Of a stretch of 64,000 nt of DNA, positions 1-10,700 are shown one piece after another. Position numbers and translations under genes: made by a program. Origin of the DNA: a virus (lineage: Duplodnaviria; Caudoviricetes). The stretch spans positions 1 to 64,000 of the IMG/VR virus record IMGVR_UViG_3300035498_000404; one strand, 5' to 3'. The first letter of the stretch is position 1. Each line of letters starts with the position of its first letter. A model generated the notes under the pieces. That model was not told the DNA's origin and ran no database searches. It saw only the letters and a list, made by a program, of their open reading frames with translations.

Positions 1-2
1 TA

Positions 3-206
3 ATCAATAGGATATTGCGAGATGAAACAGATAAAGCTAAGATGGTGTATAGAACGTGGATGGAGTATAGTGGAGAGATTAGTATGAGGGAGTTGGGTAG
101 ACTGACTAACGTTAGTACATAGGGGGTAATAGGGATAGTGGATAGAATTAATAAAAAAATTGTGAAAGTGCTTGACAAGGGGGAGGATTTGTGGTAGAAT
201 CGTTAA
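3..206 (+). CDS. 3' end of a sigma-70 region 4-like HTH protein (probable phage sigma factor), partial, with TAG readthrough
   Basis: Frame 3 reads INRILRDETDKAKMVYRTWMEYSGEISMRELGRLTNVST*GVIGIVDRINKKIVKVLDKGEDLW*NR-TAA. TAG 120-122 falls at the S-x-Q-x-V position typical of region-4 HTHs. Confidence 0.6.
172..200 (+). promoter_or_regulatory. sigma70/sigmaA-like promoter
   Basis: TTGACA-17 nt-TAGAAT. Confidence 0.5.
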
Positions 207-285
207 TTATCGACAAATCAACACCAAAACCTTATTTAACAAAATTTCATTACATAATCAAAATATTAATAAAAAACAACAAAAA

Positions 286-309
286 AGGACTGGAAATTAA
301 TCCAGTCCT
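286..309. terminator. Hairpin terminator between convergent genes
   Basis: aggactgga-aattaa-tccagtcct preceded by an A run (U tract on the minus strand), just downstream of nrdG. Confidence 0.7.
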
Positions 310-339
310 CTATTATTTCAATTATTACGATAATTTAAC

Positions 340-831
340 TTAATCACAATATAGAGCCATATTTCCTGATTCTATACTCTTTTTAACATCAATTACATTT
401 TGATTGCTAGAACCTCTCCATGCAAGCGTTATATCTCTTTTTTCTTCAATATACACTCCATCAACAAGGACATCAATATAATCAATATTTTCTAAGTCTT
501 TTATCTCGTTCCAACTATAACCAGTCCAAAGCCATATATCCTTATTAGGATAAATAAACTTTATTCTTTTAGCTATATTTAGAACTTCTTCTCTATTTTT
601 AGGAAATAAAGGGTCGCCACCACTAAACGTCAGACCTCTAACATAATCTTTTGACAATTCATCAACAAGAATCTTGAAAGTATCTTCTGTAAATAATTTA
701 CCGCCATAACAATCCCATGAGTTTTCATTATGGCATCCTTTGCACATATGATTGCATCCTGCGCACCATAAGGCGGCCCTTATTCCAATGCCATTCGCAA
801 CTTCTGATTTTGTAATCGCCAAATAATTCAT
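340..831 (-). CDS. nrdG: Anaerobic ribonucleotide reductase activase (radical SAM)
   Basis: NGIGIR, CNHMCKGC (CxxxCxxC), GLTFSGGDP and WRGSSNQ motifs; adjacent to nrdD. Confidence 0.95.
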   Translation of the reverse strand: MNYLAITKSEVANGIGIRAALWCAGCNHMCKGCHNENSWDCYGGKLFTEDTFKILVDELSKDYVRGLTFSGGDPLFPKNREEVLNIAKRIKFIYPNKDIWLWTGYSWNEIKDLENIDYIDVLVDGVYIEEKRDITLAWRGSSNQNVIDVKKSIESGNMALYCD

Positions 832-3800
832 TTACGAATCCACCTCAATACCAGTATGTTTTACTCGCATTTCAACTTCCTGTTGCTTCCCTTTATTAAA
901 CGCAGTCTTATAATCATTGGTCAAGTAACCAGTTACTCTGCGTAATCTCCTAATATTACTACTTCCACACATTGGACAAGTATCATTAATTTCATCCGTA
1001 TATCCACAATCTAAACACGAATCATTTGGAACGTTAATTGCAAAATACGGAATATCTTTGTCCATTGCATAATTTACAATTTCCTCAATTGCATCTATAT
1101 TATTTTTTACAGAAGAATCAAGCTCTACGTAATTTATGTCTCCGGCTGAACTATACCCAGTTAATTGACTTTCAATATCAATTTTTTCAAATGGGGTCAT
1201 TTCATGCCACACAGGCACATGAATGGAATTAGTAAAGAAATCTTTATCAGAAACATTCTTAATAACTCCATATTTCGCCTTAAACTTGTTCATAGCAGTA
1301 TAACATAAGTTTTCTGCCAAAAATATTATTTGGACTATATTTTCATCATACTTCACGTATGAGGTCGCTCTTTCGCTTTCGCTACTCTACTTTTCCTTAT
1401 CGGATTTCGATAGTCTCTACACATTTATTATTATCTTGTTCCAAGTAAATTATTTATACAAAAAATAAGTTCCACTTTTAGTCCACTTAGGAATTACATT
1501 ATGATGACATTGTGTTAAAATAGTCTTCTGATTAATTCCGGTTTTTCTACTAGCTTCATAAGTATTCCAATATCGTCCAATTTCTTGATTTGTATTGAGG
1601 TCGTACTGAACAACAATAATTGGTTTTTGAGCAGTTTCATCATCCTGAAATCTAAAATAAAAAGGTTTTCTCACTGGCTTCTTATACTTAGCTTGTCGCA
1701 AAATAGTATTTAAGCCAACACCAGTCTTTAAACTTGCTTCACGACAGCTACCATAAGAACCAAGAAGCTCATTTGTATACGTATCAAACATATATACAGG
1801 ATGCGACTGAGAATCTTCATATCCTTTATTATTTATGAGAAGTCCATCGTCTACTGCCTTTTGTGTATTTTCACTAAAAGTAGTCCAATAAAGATTTTCA
1901 ACCCTATTGTCGTTCTTTATATTATTTTTATGTCCAACAATAGGTAAGTTATCTGGATTTTCAATAAATGTTTCTGCAATTATTATGTGCATTCTTCTTT
2001 TTTTTGTTCTATATATTTTATTCTTAGAATCCACAATATACTTAATTGCCCCATAAACATATCCATTATAATTATTCGTAGTAATACTACTCTTAAAATA
2101 TTTCCCATAATTTTTATGCTTATGTATTACTCCATCAAACCTATTTTTTACTGTTCTAGTTTCAATTCCATACAAATTGCCATCTCTATCAACCCAGTTA
2201 AGTGCCCCTTTTACCTGTCGAGCACCTTCTGGCAACTTATCTATAATTATACTCATATTTCCTCCATTCTAAGAGGAACAAGATAATAAATTTAGCACGG
2301 TATTCCAATCAGGTTCACCGTTTTAAGCGACTTTTTCATTATACATCACTGTATAAGCCCCCACAGATAATATATGTTATAACTCAGGGGTATAATAAAC
2401 ACCAAAATTTAGTTTATATCTATTTTTAAATTCATTGCATCTATCTTTAAACAACTGTTCAATCTCTTTTGCAAGAGCCATGCCCTCTTCGGTAGTCTGG
2501 TCTTTTCCAATAAGAATTTGTAAAGTTTCTGCGAGTCCTAATTGACCAATTGCAAGTGTGCCATGTTTCAAGGCTGAACGAATTCCCTCTTGTGGCACAT
2601 ATCCTTCCATCACACCATTTTCATACATAAATGTTGCAGATTTAGGACTTTGCTTCGCAATATACTCAAACCTCTCAATTAAGCTATCTTTTGCTTCACA
2701 AATCTTTAAATCAAGCAAATTCATAAACTCTGACACATAAGCCACTTGAGAATACATATGATGCCCAGCGTCAACTTTCTCTTTCGCTTCCATAGCAAGA
2801 GTTGGCATAATAATTGTTGTCGGAGCAATATTTCCTCGGCCATCTTTTAATTGACCAAAGCCATTAATGTCATATCCATTAGCAGTTCTACATCCCATAG
2901 TGCTAAAATATGTTTTAGGGTCATTTTTATCATATCCAGCATTTCCGCTCCAATCAACATTCGCATAATTAGGATAAAGACGCTTTGCGGTAGACTTTAA
3001 CGCTAATCTAAACAAATCATAATTAGGGTCGCCGGGCTTTCTATTTACACCCTTCATACACTGGAATATTGAGCAAGGGAATATGGAAGTTCTGTGCATT
3101 TTTCCAATTCCCTCAATTGATATATTTAGAATTTCTTCAATTACCATCCGTCCTTCAGGTTCAGTACAAGTACCGAAATTAATTGAAGTAAACGGCAACT
3201 GATTACCACTTCTTGATTGTAAAGTATTAAGATTATGGAACATACCCTCAACAGCCTGTCGAGTTTCCTTTTTCGTCATATCAAAAGCGTATTTATATAC
3301 ATTGCTCTTATATGAATTTTTATACCAGTCAGACTCGATAGACATTTCTTCTGGCTTACATGGGAACTGCTTATCATCCCAATTAGATTCTGCAATATAT
3401 TTTACACCATTTTTATAATGTTTATAAAAACTCTTTCGCACATAAGGCATCATTGTCCAGTCCAAATGCGTTGCAGAACAACCTCCAAATTGTTGGAGAC
3501 TTTGAAGCTGAAATATCACTGCAACAAGTTGAAAAGCTGTATTTACACTATTTGCAGGACGGACATCCGTTTGTCGAGTATTAAATCCATTCGCAAGGAG
3601 CTTATCAAATGGAATACTAAGACAATTATGTTGCCCAACGGCGTATCGGTCTAAATCATGTATATATACTTCATTATTTTCATGATTTTTACGTGTCTTT
3701 TCTGAAATACAATATTTCAAAGCAAAATGCTTCATAACTGCATTTGCAGCTTCACCAACACGCCCACCAAAACTTGCCTCGTCAACATTCGCATTTTGAT

Positions 3801-4131
3801 TTTGAACGTGCTCTCCATCAAGTTTTTCTTTAACAATGTCCATTAACTCTCTATATTCATCACGGCATAATCCATGAAGATACCGATAACATACATACTC
3901 ACGCGCAGCATCTTTTCTCTTAGAATTCATAAGAGAATTTTCAACCATATCGTGAATTTCTTCAACGTCCATTGTAACAATTTCTACATTAGAAATCTTA
4001 TTTGCAATTCTGAGAGCAAGGTCGTGGTCTACACCTTGTTCTGTTTCATTCATAGCGTTTTCAACTGCATTGACAATTTTTTGTTTTTCAAATGGAACTT
4101 TATTCCCATCTCTTTTTATTACATAATCCAA
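832..4131 (-). CDS. nrdD: Anaerobic (class III) ribonucleoside-triphosphate reductase, split by one group I intron; exons 4131-2386 and 1317-832, about 743 aa
   Basis: N-terminal ATP cone; splicing restores YYTP|AENLC; C-terminal CxxC/CxxC and the glycyl-radical motif RRVTGYL. Confidence 0.95.
1318..2385 (-). mobile_element. Group I intron in nrdD carrying an HNH homing endonuclease
   Basis: P1 CCCCU/GGGGG with U-G at the 5' splice site; P7 GACUA/UAGUC; terminal G; removal restores the frame. Confidence 0.9.
1450..2256 (-). CDS. Intron-encoded HNH homing endonuclease with C-terminal NUMOD1-like repeats
   Basis: HIIIAETFIENPDNLPIVGHKNNIKNDNRVENLYW (HNH); two Y-x-(S/N)-xx-EAS-x-KTG HTH repeats. 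Confidence 0.9.
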   Translation of the reverse strand: MSIIIDKLPEGARQVKGALNWVDRDGNLYGIETRTVKNRFDGVIHKHKNYGKYFKSSITTNNYNGYVYGAIKYIVDSKNKIYRTKKRRMHIIIAETFIENPDNLPIVGHKNNIKNDNRVENLYWTTFSENTQKAVDDGLLINNKGYEDSQSHPVYMFDTYTNELLGSYGSCREASLKTGVGLNTILRQAKYKKPVRKPFYFRFQDDETAQKPIIVVQYDLNTNQEIGRYWNTYEASRKTGINQKTILTQCHHNVIPKWTKSGTYFLYK

Positions 4132-4187
4132 TAATCATCAGCTCCTAACATATAATTCCTTCGATTCTAAATACTACTCACATATAT

Positions 4188-4216
4188 ATTATAGCAAAAA
4201 TTTCGGATTTTGTCAA
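4188..4216 (-). promoter_or_regulatory. sigmaA-type promoter for nrdDG
   Basis: TTGACA-17-TATAAT on the minus strand. Confidence 0.8.
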
Positions 4217-4331
4217 GTGATTTTAAAAAATATTTTTATATTTTTATTATTATTTTAGAAAATCATACAAAATCTATTAAAAATATTCTAAAATATAATA
4301 TTTTGTAGTAAAATTATTCTAAAAAGAACGA

Positions 4332-4559
4332 TTATCTGGTATGAATTACTGCGTCTATGGGAATCACCAAATCATCATCTTCGACTTCCACCATACAACC
4401 TCCCATTAAGTCCACAGCGTTCAGCTTGGTGAGCTTGGTCATATTCTCATTTTCTACTTTCATAAAGTAAATACTTAATCCCTTACACCTGAACACATCC
4501 CCACTTTTCAAATCCTTAAATCGAGAATACTTCTGATTAGTCATTTCAAATATTTTCAT
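4332..4559 (-). CDS. Hypothetical protein
   Basis: ORF with AGGAG RBS, in a tightly packed operon. Confidence 0.7.
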   Translation of the reverse strand: MKIFEMTNQKYSRFKDLKSGDVFRCKGLSIYFMKVENENMTKLTKLNAVDLMGGCMVEVEDDDLVIPIDAVIHTR

Positions 4560-4569
4560 ATTGTTCTCC

Positions 4570-5109
4570 TTATTCAGAAACAGAAGTTGTCAAATTTGCA
4601 ATTAAACTACCTAAGCCATGTGAATTTTCACTAAGAACAGCATGATAAATAGCATTATCATGTCTATCAAAATTATAACTTGCAGTCGCATTTGTACTAG
4701 GAGCAACAGGAACTTCCCATGTAACATTATCTCCTGCACTGAAACTAATAGTAGCAGAACCAGAATTTAACTCTCTGGAAAAAACTTCTCTGATATTATC
4801 GCCAAGACTACTTGACGTATCGCCCAAATCTCTGGAATAAAAATCTCTAATTGTATCACTTATTTCACGCGCATCATAAGTAATAGGAATAGCCCTAGTA
4901 TGAGAAGTAGTTGCACTCGACGTATATGTTGCCATTGGCCGACTTCTAGCAAACTCAGACGCATCAAGGAAATCCGCAAAACTCATTTCATCACAAATAT
5001 TATGTAGATTATAATATCTAACAGCTTCATTAGCATCATTAAAAAACCATCTCTTGGCAATCGCAGTATTTACACTCATTTCAATTTTCCTCTCCATCAA
5101 AAAGTACAT
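4570..5109 (-). CDS. Hypothetical protein (shares an N-terminal motif with 5157-5525)
   Basis: FNDANEAVRYYN...MSFADFLD versus FRNFEEAARFYN...MKFEDYLD; true start probably the ATG near 5079. Confidence 0.7.
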   Translation of the reverse strand: MYFLMERKIEMSVNTAIAKRWFFNDANEAVRYYNLHNICDEMSFADFLDASEFARSRPMATYTSSATTSHTRAIPITYDAREISDTIRDFYSRDLGDTSSSLGDNIREVFSRELNSGSATISFSAGDNVTWEVPVAPSTNATASYNFDRHDNAIYHAVLSENSHGLGSLIANLTTSVSE

Positions 5110-5156
5110 TAGTAATCAAATCGTATGTTAATATTTCAACATCATATTAAGTTCGT

Positions 5157-5525
5157 TCAATCCTCTGTTGTATCTCGTAAATAAACATTTAAAACATTTC
5201 CGTCCGTATCATAATCAATTCTACCGAGAACCCTATTCCCTACACCACCCGTAATATACTGAAAATTTTCTATTTGTTCCAATCTAATTGAATCAACATG
5301 ACTATCAGTATTTGTAGTAGTTGTAGTATTTGTGGTTGTACAATAATAGTCATTGTACTTTCCAGAGAAATCACAAATATCAAGGTAATCTTCAAATTTC
5401 ATACCGCATACTAATGAATGCGGATTATTCTTACTAGAATTATAGAATCTAGCAGCTTCTTCAAAATTTCTAAAACAAAATTTCTTATTTCTTATATCAG
5501 TTAAATCAGCCATTTTAACCTCCAA
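5157..5525 (-). CDS. Hypothetical protein
   Basis: ORF track, GGAGG RBS, motif shared with its neighbour. Confidence 0.7.
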   Translation of the reverse strand: MEVKMADLTDIRNKKFCFRNFEEAARFYNSSKNNPHSLVCGMKFEDYLDICDFSGKYNDYYCTTTNTTTTTNTDSHVDSIRLEQIENFQYITGGVGNRVLGRIDYDTDGNVLNVYLRDTTED

Positions 5526-5822
5526 TTACCTCTTAGGATTCCAAACTTCTTTATAAAAAATATCCCAACCAAAACTTTTCCCATGAGTAAGTTTCAAGAA
5601 AAGTTCAGTAGAAATACTTTCAATCGGCTTATCAAGTACCATAGAAACATAATTTACAAGGTCTTGATTCTTCATTAGAATGTCAACAGCAACTTTTTCA
5701 ACATATTCTAAAGCTTCATCATAAGTTCTAAAAAGAAGAACTGAATCAGACCGAATGCAAGGAACAGCACAATAACTTATATAATATAATCTTTCCATAA
5801 TTATCTCCTTATCAAATTTCAT
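5526..5822 (-). CDS. Hypothetical protein
   Basis: ORF packed between neighbours; AGGAG RBS before the ATG near 5798. Confidence 0.65.
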   Translation of the reverse strand: MKFDKEIIMERLYYISYCAVPCIRSDSVLLFRTYDEALEYVEKVAVDILMKNQDLVNYVSMVLDKPIESISTELFLKLTHGKSFGWDIFYKEVWNPKR

Positions 5823-7002
5823 TATTTAACCATTTAATTAACAGGGTTCTCATTCTTTTAGAAGGAATATATAAATTAATAGATTTGCCCTCTCTTAATT
5901 GAGTTCTAAAAAGAAATTGAATTAACTCAGAAAGAGCATATTTATCTTCATTTACTATTACATCATGAAAAGAAAAATAACTTTTTATAACAGGATTTAA
6001 ATATATATTGCAAAGGTAGGCAACAGATTCTTTCTCAATTAAGTCATTTGTCGCTCTTGCATTCACTGCTACAAACCCACGAGCATATCTGTTGCCTTTA
6101 ATCTTATTCTGATAATTTTTAAAAGTAGTCCACATATTCTTTTTGGAAGGAGTTTTGGAAATATTTGAGAAATAATTATAACAATTGTTTTTTAGGACTT
6201 TTAATTTAGTTTCTGCACCAGCATTCATATACCAAGTTTTACTTAAAGCTGTTGGAGCAATGCCAACTCTATTTAAACTATCAGAATCACAAATATTAAT
6301 TAAAGACTTACAAAAAGAATTATCATCTTGTTTATATCCTTCAACTAAATTATTATCTTCTATATGATAATAGTCATATTCAACATTATAATAATCATAG
6401 TAATATTTTTGAATTTGACAATCAAACATATAAGTCAAAATAAATATTTCTTTAAAAGCTTTAAAAATACTAACAGGAAATACCCACAAAATAATTCCTC
6501 GTCCATTTTGACTATATAAATATGCAGAATTTAATTCACAAGCTTTTTTATAAACAGAAAGTTTTCCATCATATTCTGGTACAGTCCAAATTAATTTATT
6601 ATCTTCTCCTAAAATAACATAATCTTTTAGAATAATATCTGAATCACTTTTTGTAATTTTCATTGGTTCAACTACATTAGACACTTCATCCATAATCAAT
6701 GTATAACCATATAATTTAGTTAAATCAATTATTTCTTCATTAAAAGACATAAACAAAGAATGAGTGGTCACAATATTTAATCCGTTTCTAAATAAAAATT
6801 TAATTCCAGTCATTTTAGTTCCATATACTTCTGGTTGTTTAAAATGTTTACTTGGACAAGAATCAATTATTCTTTGAACTTCTGTCAAATATGGAGTAAT
6901 ATACAAAAACTTATCTTCTTTTTTAGAATTATTTATATATTTAATCATACTCTCAGTCTTACCAGAACCACAAATTGAATCTAATACATGAACATTACTC
7001 AT
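5812..7002 (-). CDS. SF2 helicase-like / origin-binding P-loop protein
   Basis: Walker A DSICGSGKT, Walker B IMDEV, motif VI-like QFLFRTQLR. Confidence 0.75.
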   Translation of the reverse strand: MSNVHVLDSICGSGKTESMIKYINNSKKEDKFLYITPYLTEVQRIIDSCPSKHFKQPEVYGTKMTGIKFLFRNGLNIVTTHSLFMSFNEEIIDLTKLYGYTLIMDEVSNVVEPMKITKSDSDIILKDYVILGEDNKLIWTVPEYDGKLSVYKKACELNSAYLYSQNGRGIILWVFPVSIFKAFKEIFILTYMFDCQIQKYYYDYYNVEYDYYHIEDNNLVEGYKQDDNSFCKSLINICDSDSLNRVGIAPTALSKTWYMNAGAETKLKVLKNNCYNYFSNISKTPSKKNMWTTFKNYQNKIKGNRYARGFVAVNARATNDLIEKESVAYLCNIYLNPVIKSYFSFHDVIVNEDKYALSELIQFLFRTQLREGKSINLYIPSKRMRTLLIKWLNNEI

Positions 7003-7272
7003 ATAATACCTCTTGTAATATAATTATTTATATAAAATATACTTTTAGTATATAATATATTCTTGTTTTTATTTTTATATATTTATATATTTTTTTTTCT
7101 TTTCTCTTTTCTAAAGATTTTTTTCCTTGTTTTTCTTTTCAAGAGAGGGGGCTTCAAAACGGCCTAAATACAGGGTATTTTTTCGGAGTTTAGCAGGTCG
7201 AATCTGCTAAACAGGGTGGTGACAAGTGTTTTGGCTAGGTTTTATAGGCAAAGTGTGATTATCACCACTCTT

Positions 7273-7301
7273 ATTATATCATTTTTAGGCCGATTTGTCA
7301 A
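7273..7301 (-). promoter_or_regulatory. Leftward sigmaA-type promoter
   Basis: TTGACA-17-TATAAT on the minus strand. Confidence 0.75.
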
Positions 7302-7350
7302 GCACTTTTTGCTTTTAGAATAAAAAAAATAAAAAATTTTTAATTTTGAC

Positions 7351-7379
7351 TTGACAAAAATGAAAATTTGTGCTATAAT
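7351..7379 (+). promoter_or_regulatory. Rightward sigmaA-type promoter for the RNA polymerase operon
   Basis: TTGACA-17-TG-C-TATAAT (extended -10). Confidence 0.85.
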
Positions 7380-7444
7380 AATAGTGTAGAAACCATCTAC
7401 GAAATACTACTCACAAAATTCATGGTTGATTTGAGGTGATTGTA

Positions 7445-7714
7445 ATTAACGAAGAATTTGAAAAGGCTTGGTAGATGATATATTTAAAATATCCAGAACT
7501 CATTGGAAAACTTCAACTCATAAATAATATAGATGAAGTCAAAAATGATGATTCTATCTATATTATATATAAAAATTATAATTTGTCAAGCGAAATATAT
7601 GCAAATCTTTATGTATATATAGTAAATGAGCTTGAAGACCTAGATGTAATGTTAGATTTCATAACTAAAAATGACATTTTAGGAGGAAAAGAAGATTGTC
7701 AAAAAATAAAGTAA
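7445..7714 (+). CDS. Hypothetical protein (start ATT 7445 with TAG readthrough, or ATG 7475)
   Basis: GAGGTGA RBS lies before ATT 7445, which is in frame through TAG 7472 with the ORF-track ORF. Confidence 0.55.
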
Positions 7715-10700
7715 ATCTTTTTTACATACTAAAATTAAACACTTCAAAAATAATTGAAAGTGATTTGTCTGTTGAAACAGACTTTAAGACATCTAAGAAT
7801 TCAGGAGAAATTGTTGCTTTAGGAGATAATCAAATTCTAAAGTTCATAAGAAAGATTAAAGAAGTAGATTATAGTCCTGATATTATAAAAGATTTATATA
7901 CTAAAAGAAATGAACTTAAACGACAAGAAAAATGTGATACCCAAGAGATAATCAAAGTACAAAATCTTATTAATAAAACTTTATTTGTACCAGATTTACT
8001 TATTGTAAAAACTGATACTACTAAAAAAGATTATAAGTATATTTGTAAAAATGGTTTTTCTGTAAAAATTTCAATTGATGATGTTGTTTATGATATAAAA
8101 TATAAAAGACTTTGTGCTGGTGCTGGTCAACTTAGAAGAAATTCGGCATTTTTTGTGAACGAAGAATTATATGATAGACTTGAACAGATTATGATGTGTG
8201 GACTTACCAAGTCTAAAATTGGCAAAATTAATCTAGCAAAGTTTAGTGCTTATTTTTCTCTTTATGGGTCAGCCACTAACCAAGTGTCTACTCCAAATAT
8301 TTGTGTTGTAAAAGACTTTGAATATCCTCTAAAAGACCAGAAAGTTGACTGGGTATATACTAATGAGGATGGCGATATTGACATCGAAGAAAGAAACATT
8401 GATTTTAATATGAATGCTTTTGACGGCGCTGGCATGATTAGTCCTACTATGGCCGCTATATGGCAATCTGATTTAGGATTGGATTATCTTCCTTCGTCTT
8501 TTATTATTCGCGCCCCATTTATTAAAGGTCTTGTTTCTGTCTTTGATTTTCATAAATTTGCCAAAGAAGTTGCTCATAAAGATACTATTACAGATTTATA
8601 TGGAGAAGAATGGGAAATTGATAAAATTGATGTAATATTAACATCAAGTCAATTTAAAATGTACAAAAAATACGAAAGTTGGAATAAATACGTTTTTTAT
8701 TTTAGAAAATATGGGCATAGATTTGGAGTTGCCAGAGTTAATAAAAAAGAGAGCGACTTTGTTACACCATTAAATTATCAATATATTCAAAGTAATAATT
8801 TTACAGAAGAATCCATTAAACAGTTGGCGCAACCAACAGTTGAATGGATTGACAATGTTCTAAAATGTGACCCTTTATATGCTTCCTTACTTTTAGTAGG
8901 TTGTCATGAAGATAAAACCATTGAAGAAATAGAGAATAGCACAGAATCAGTTTTTGGCAAATGTTTGTTGTATAATTTGGATATTCTAAATGATGATTAC
9001 AATAGGAAAAAAGTTAGAGATATAGCACAAAAGAAAATTGACCAAGCTAAAATTGGCAAACTCTATGTTGAGGGGTCTTATGATTTTGTAATACCTGATT
9101 TATATGCAATGGCTGAACACGCATTTGGAATGGAAGTAAAGGGGCTTCTACCAGCCAAATGTATGTATTCCAGACGTTGGGTCGAAAAGGGCGCTACTAG
9201 GGTTTCTACTCAACGTAGTCCGCTTGTTGCTCCTGCTGAAAATCAAGTAATGAACATTTATTGTGATGATAAATGTAAAGAATGGTTTAAATATATTGTT
9301 TGGGGCAATATATATAGTATTTGGGATTTATCAATAATATCGCAATCAGACGCTAGAAATAGTTGGCGTCTCTAAATTGGGCAAAATCGGTGAAGCCTAA
9401 GTTATTAATAATATGGTAATACCGAGGTAATTTAATAGATTACGAATAGGCTATTAAATACCGTAACGCATAGGTGGTGAATAAATATAATCCACCCACG
9501 AGTGTCTGACAATTCTTTTTTAGAATTGAAAATATATGCTGGGCTTATAGGAAACTATAAGAATTTTGAGATAAAAAGCTCAAAAGACAACAAAAACTGG
9601 ACTTTGACGGTAAATTATATTGCCGTGATTAAACCTCTCTAACTGCGGGAAACTCTTTAGAGGTGAATATACCAAGGCATAATAGTAATATATATGTTGG
9701 CAAATCTAATTAATTTGGTATGGTAAAAAGTATTCACATTAGACAATCCGCAACCAAATATCCTTTTAGGATAGAGGCTCAACGACCATCCAGAAATGGA
9801 GTAGGATAAAAGTTTATCCGAAATGGGAGGCGCTATAAAGCGAAGATATGGTCTATTCTTATATGAGAATATAAGTTGTTTTTAAACAAACAGAGTCAGA
9901 TTAACGACCTGACTAACTATAAAGGATATAGTCCTAACTACTGATAATAAATATTTAATAGACGCTATTAATGAAACATTGCCAGTTATTACTTATGAAA
10001 AGACGAAAGTAAAAGAACAGCGGTTGAATTTTAATAGTTTTCCGACTTGGGATGTAAAAAGTTTTGATAGTCCAATTGGAGGAATTACTAATATAGCCAG
10101 TAATTTATATGCTATGTTGGCTAATTTTGAAGAAGGAACAAGAGAATATGAAGAAATCTCAAAAAGAATAAAAATTATGAGGCTGTTTCAAGGAAATTAA
10201 CATTGTAGTTTCGGTATATAGTAATATATATATAAATAAATTCGGTGAACTCAGAAATCTGAGGTGTGCAGATAAAACTGTGCTAACAGGGAAAATCTAA
10301 ACGGAAACCGCATGATAACCCTGTGCCAAATCAAAATAGTGATATTTTGAAAGGTGCAACGACTAAGACATACATTCTATTTTAGAATATGAAGTCTGTA
10401 CTATTACGGTGCAAATCCGTATAGGAAGTGCCGAACATCCTATTTATTAGGATGAAGATATAGTCTAATCCCTAATATAAATAAGTGGAAACACTGGGTA
10501 TAAATGGCAATAGATGATAAGTTGCCTTTAGCAGTAATGTTAAAGTAAAATTCGGTGAACCTACAAATGTAGGGTGTGCGTATATTACGTGCTAACAGAG
10601 AAAGTCTAAGTAGTTTTATATGATAACTCTGTGCCAAGCAAGAATAGTGATATTCTTGACGGTGAAACGAGCAGAACATACGTTCTTATCTTTTAGAATA

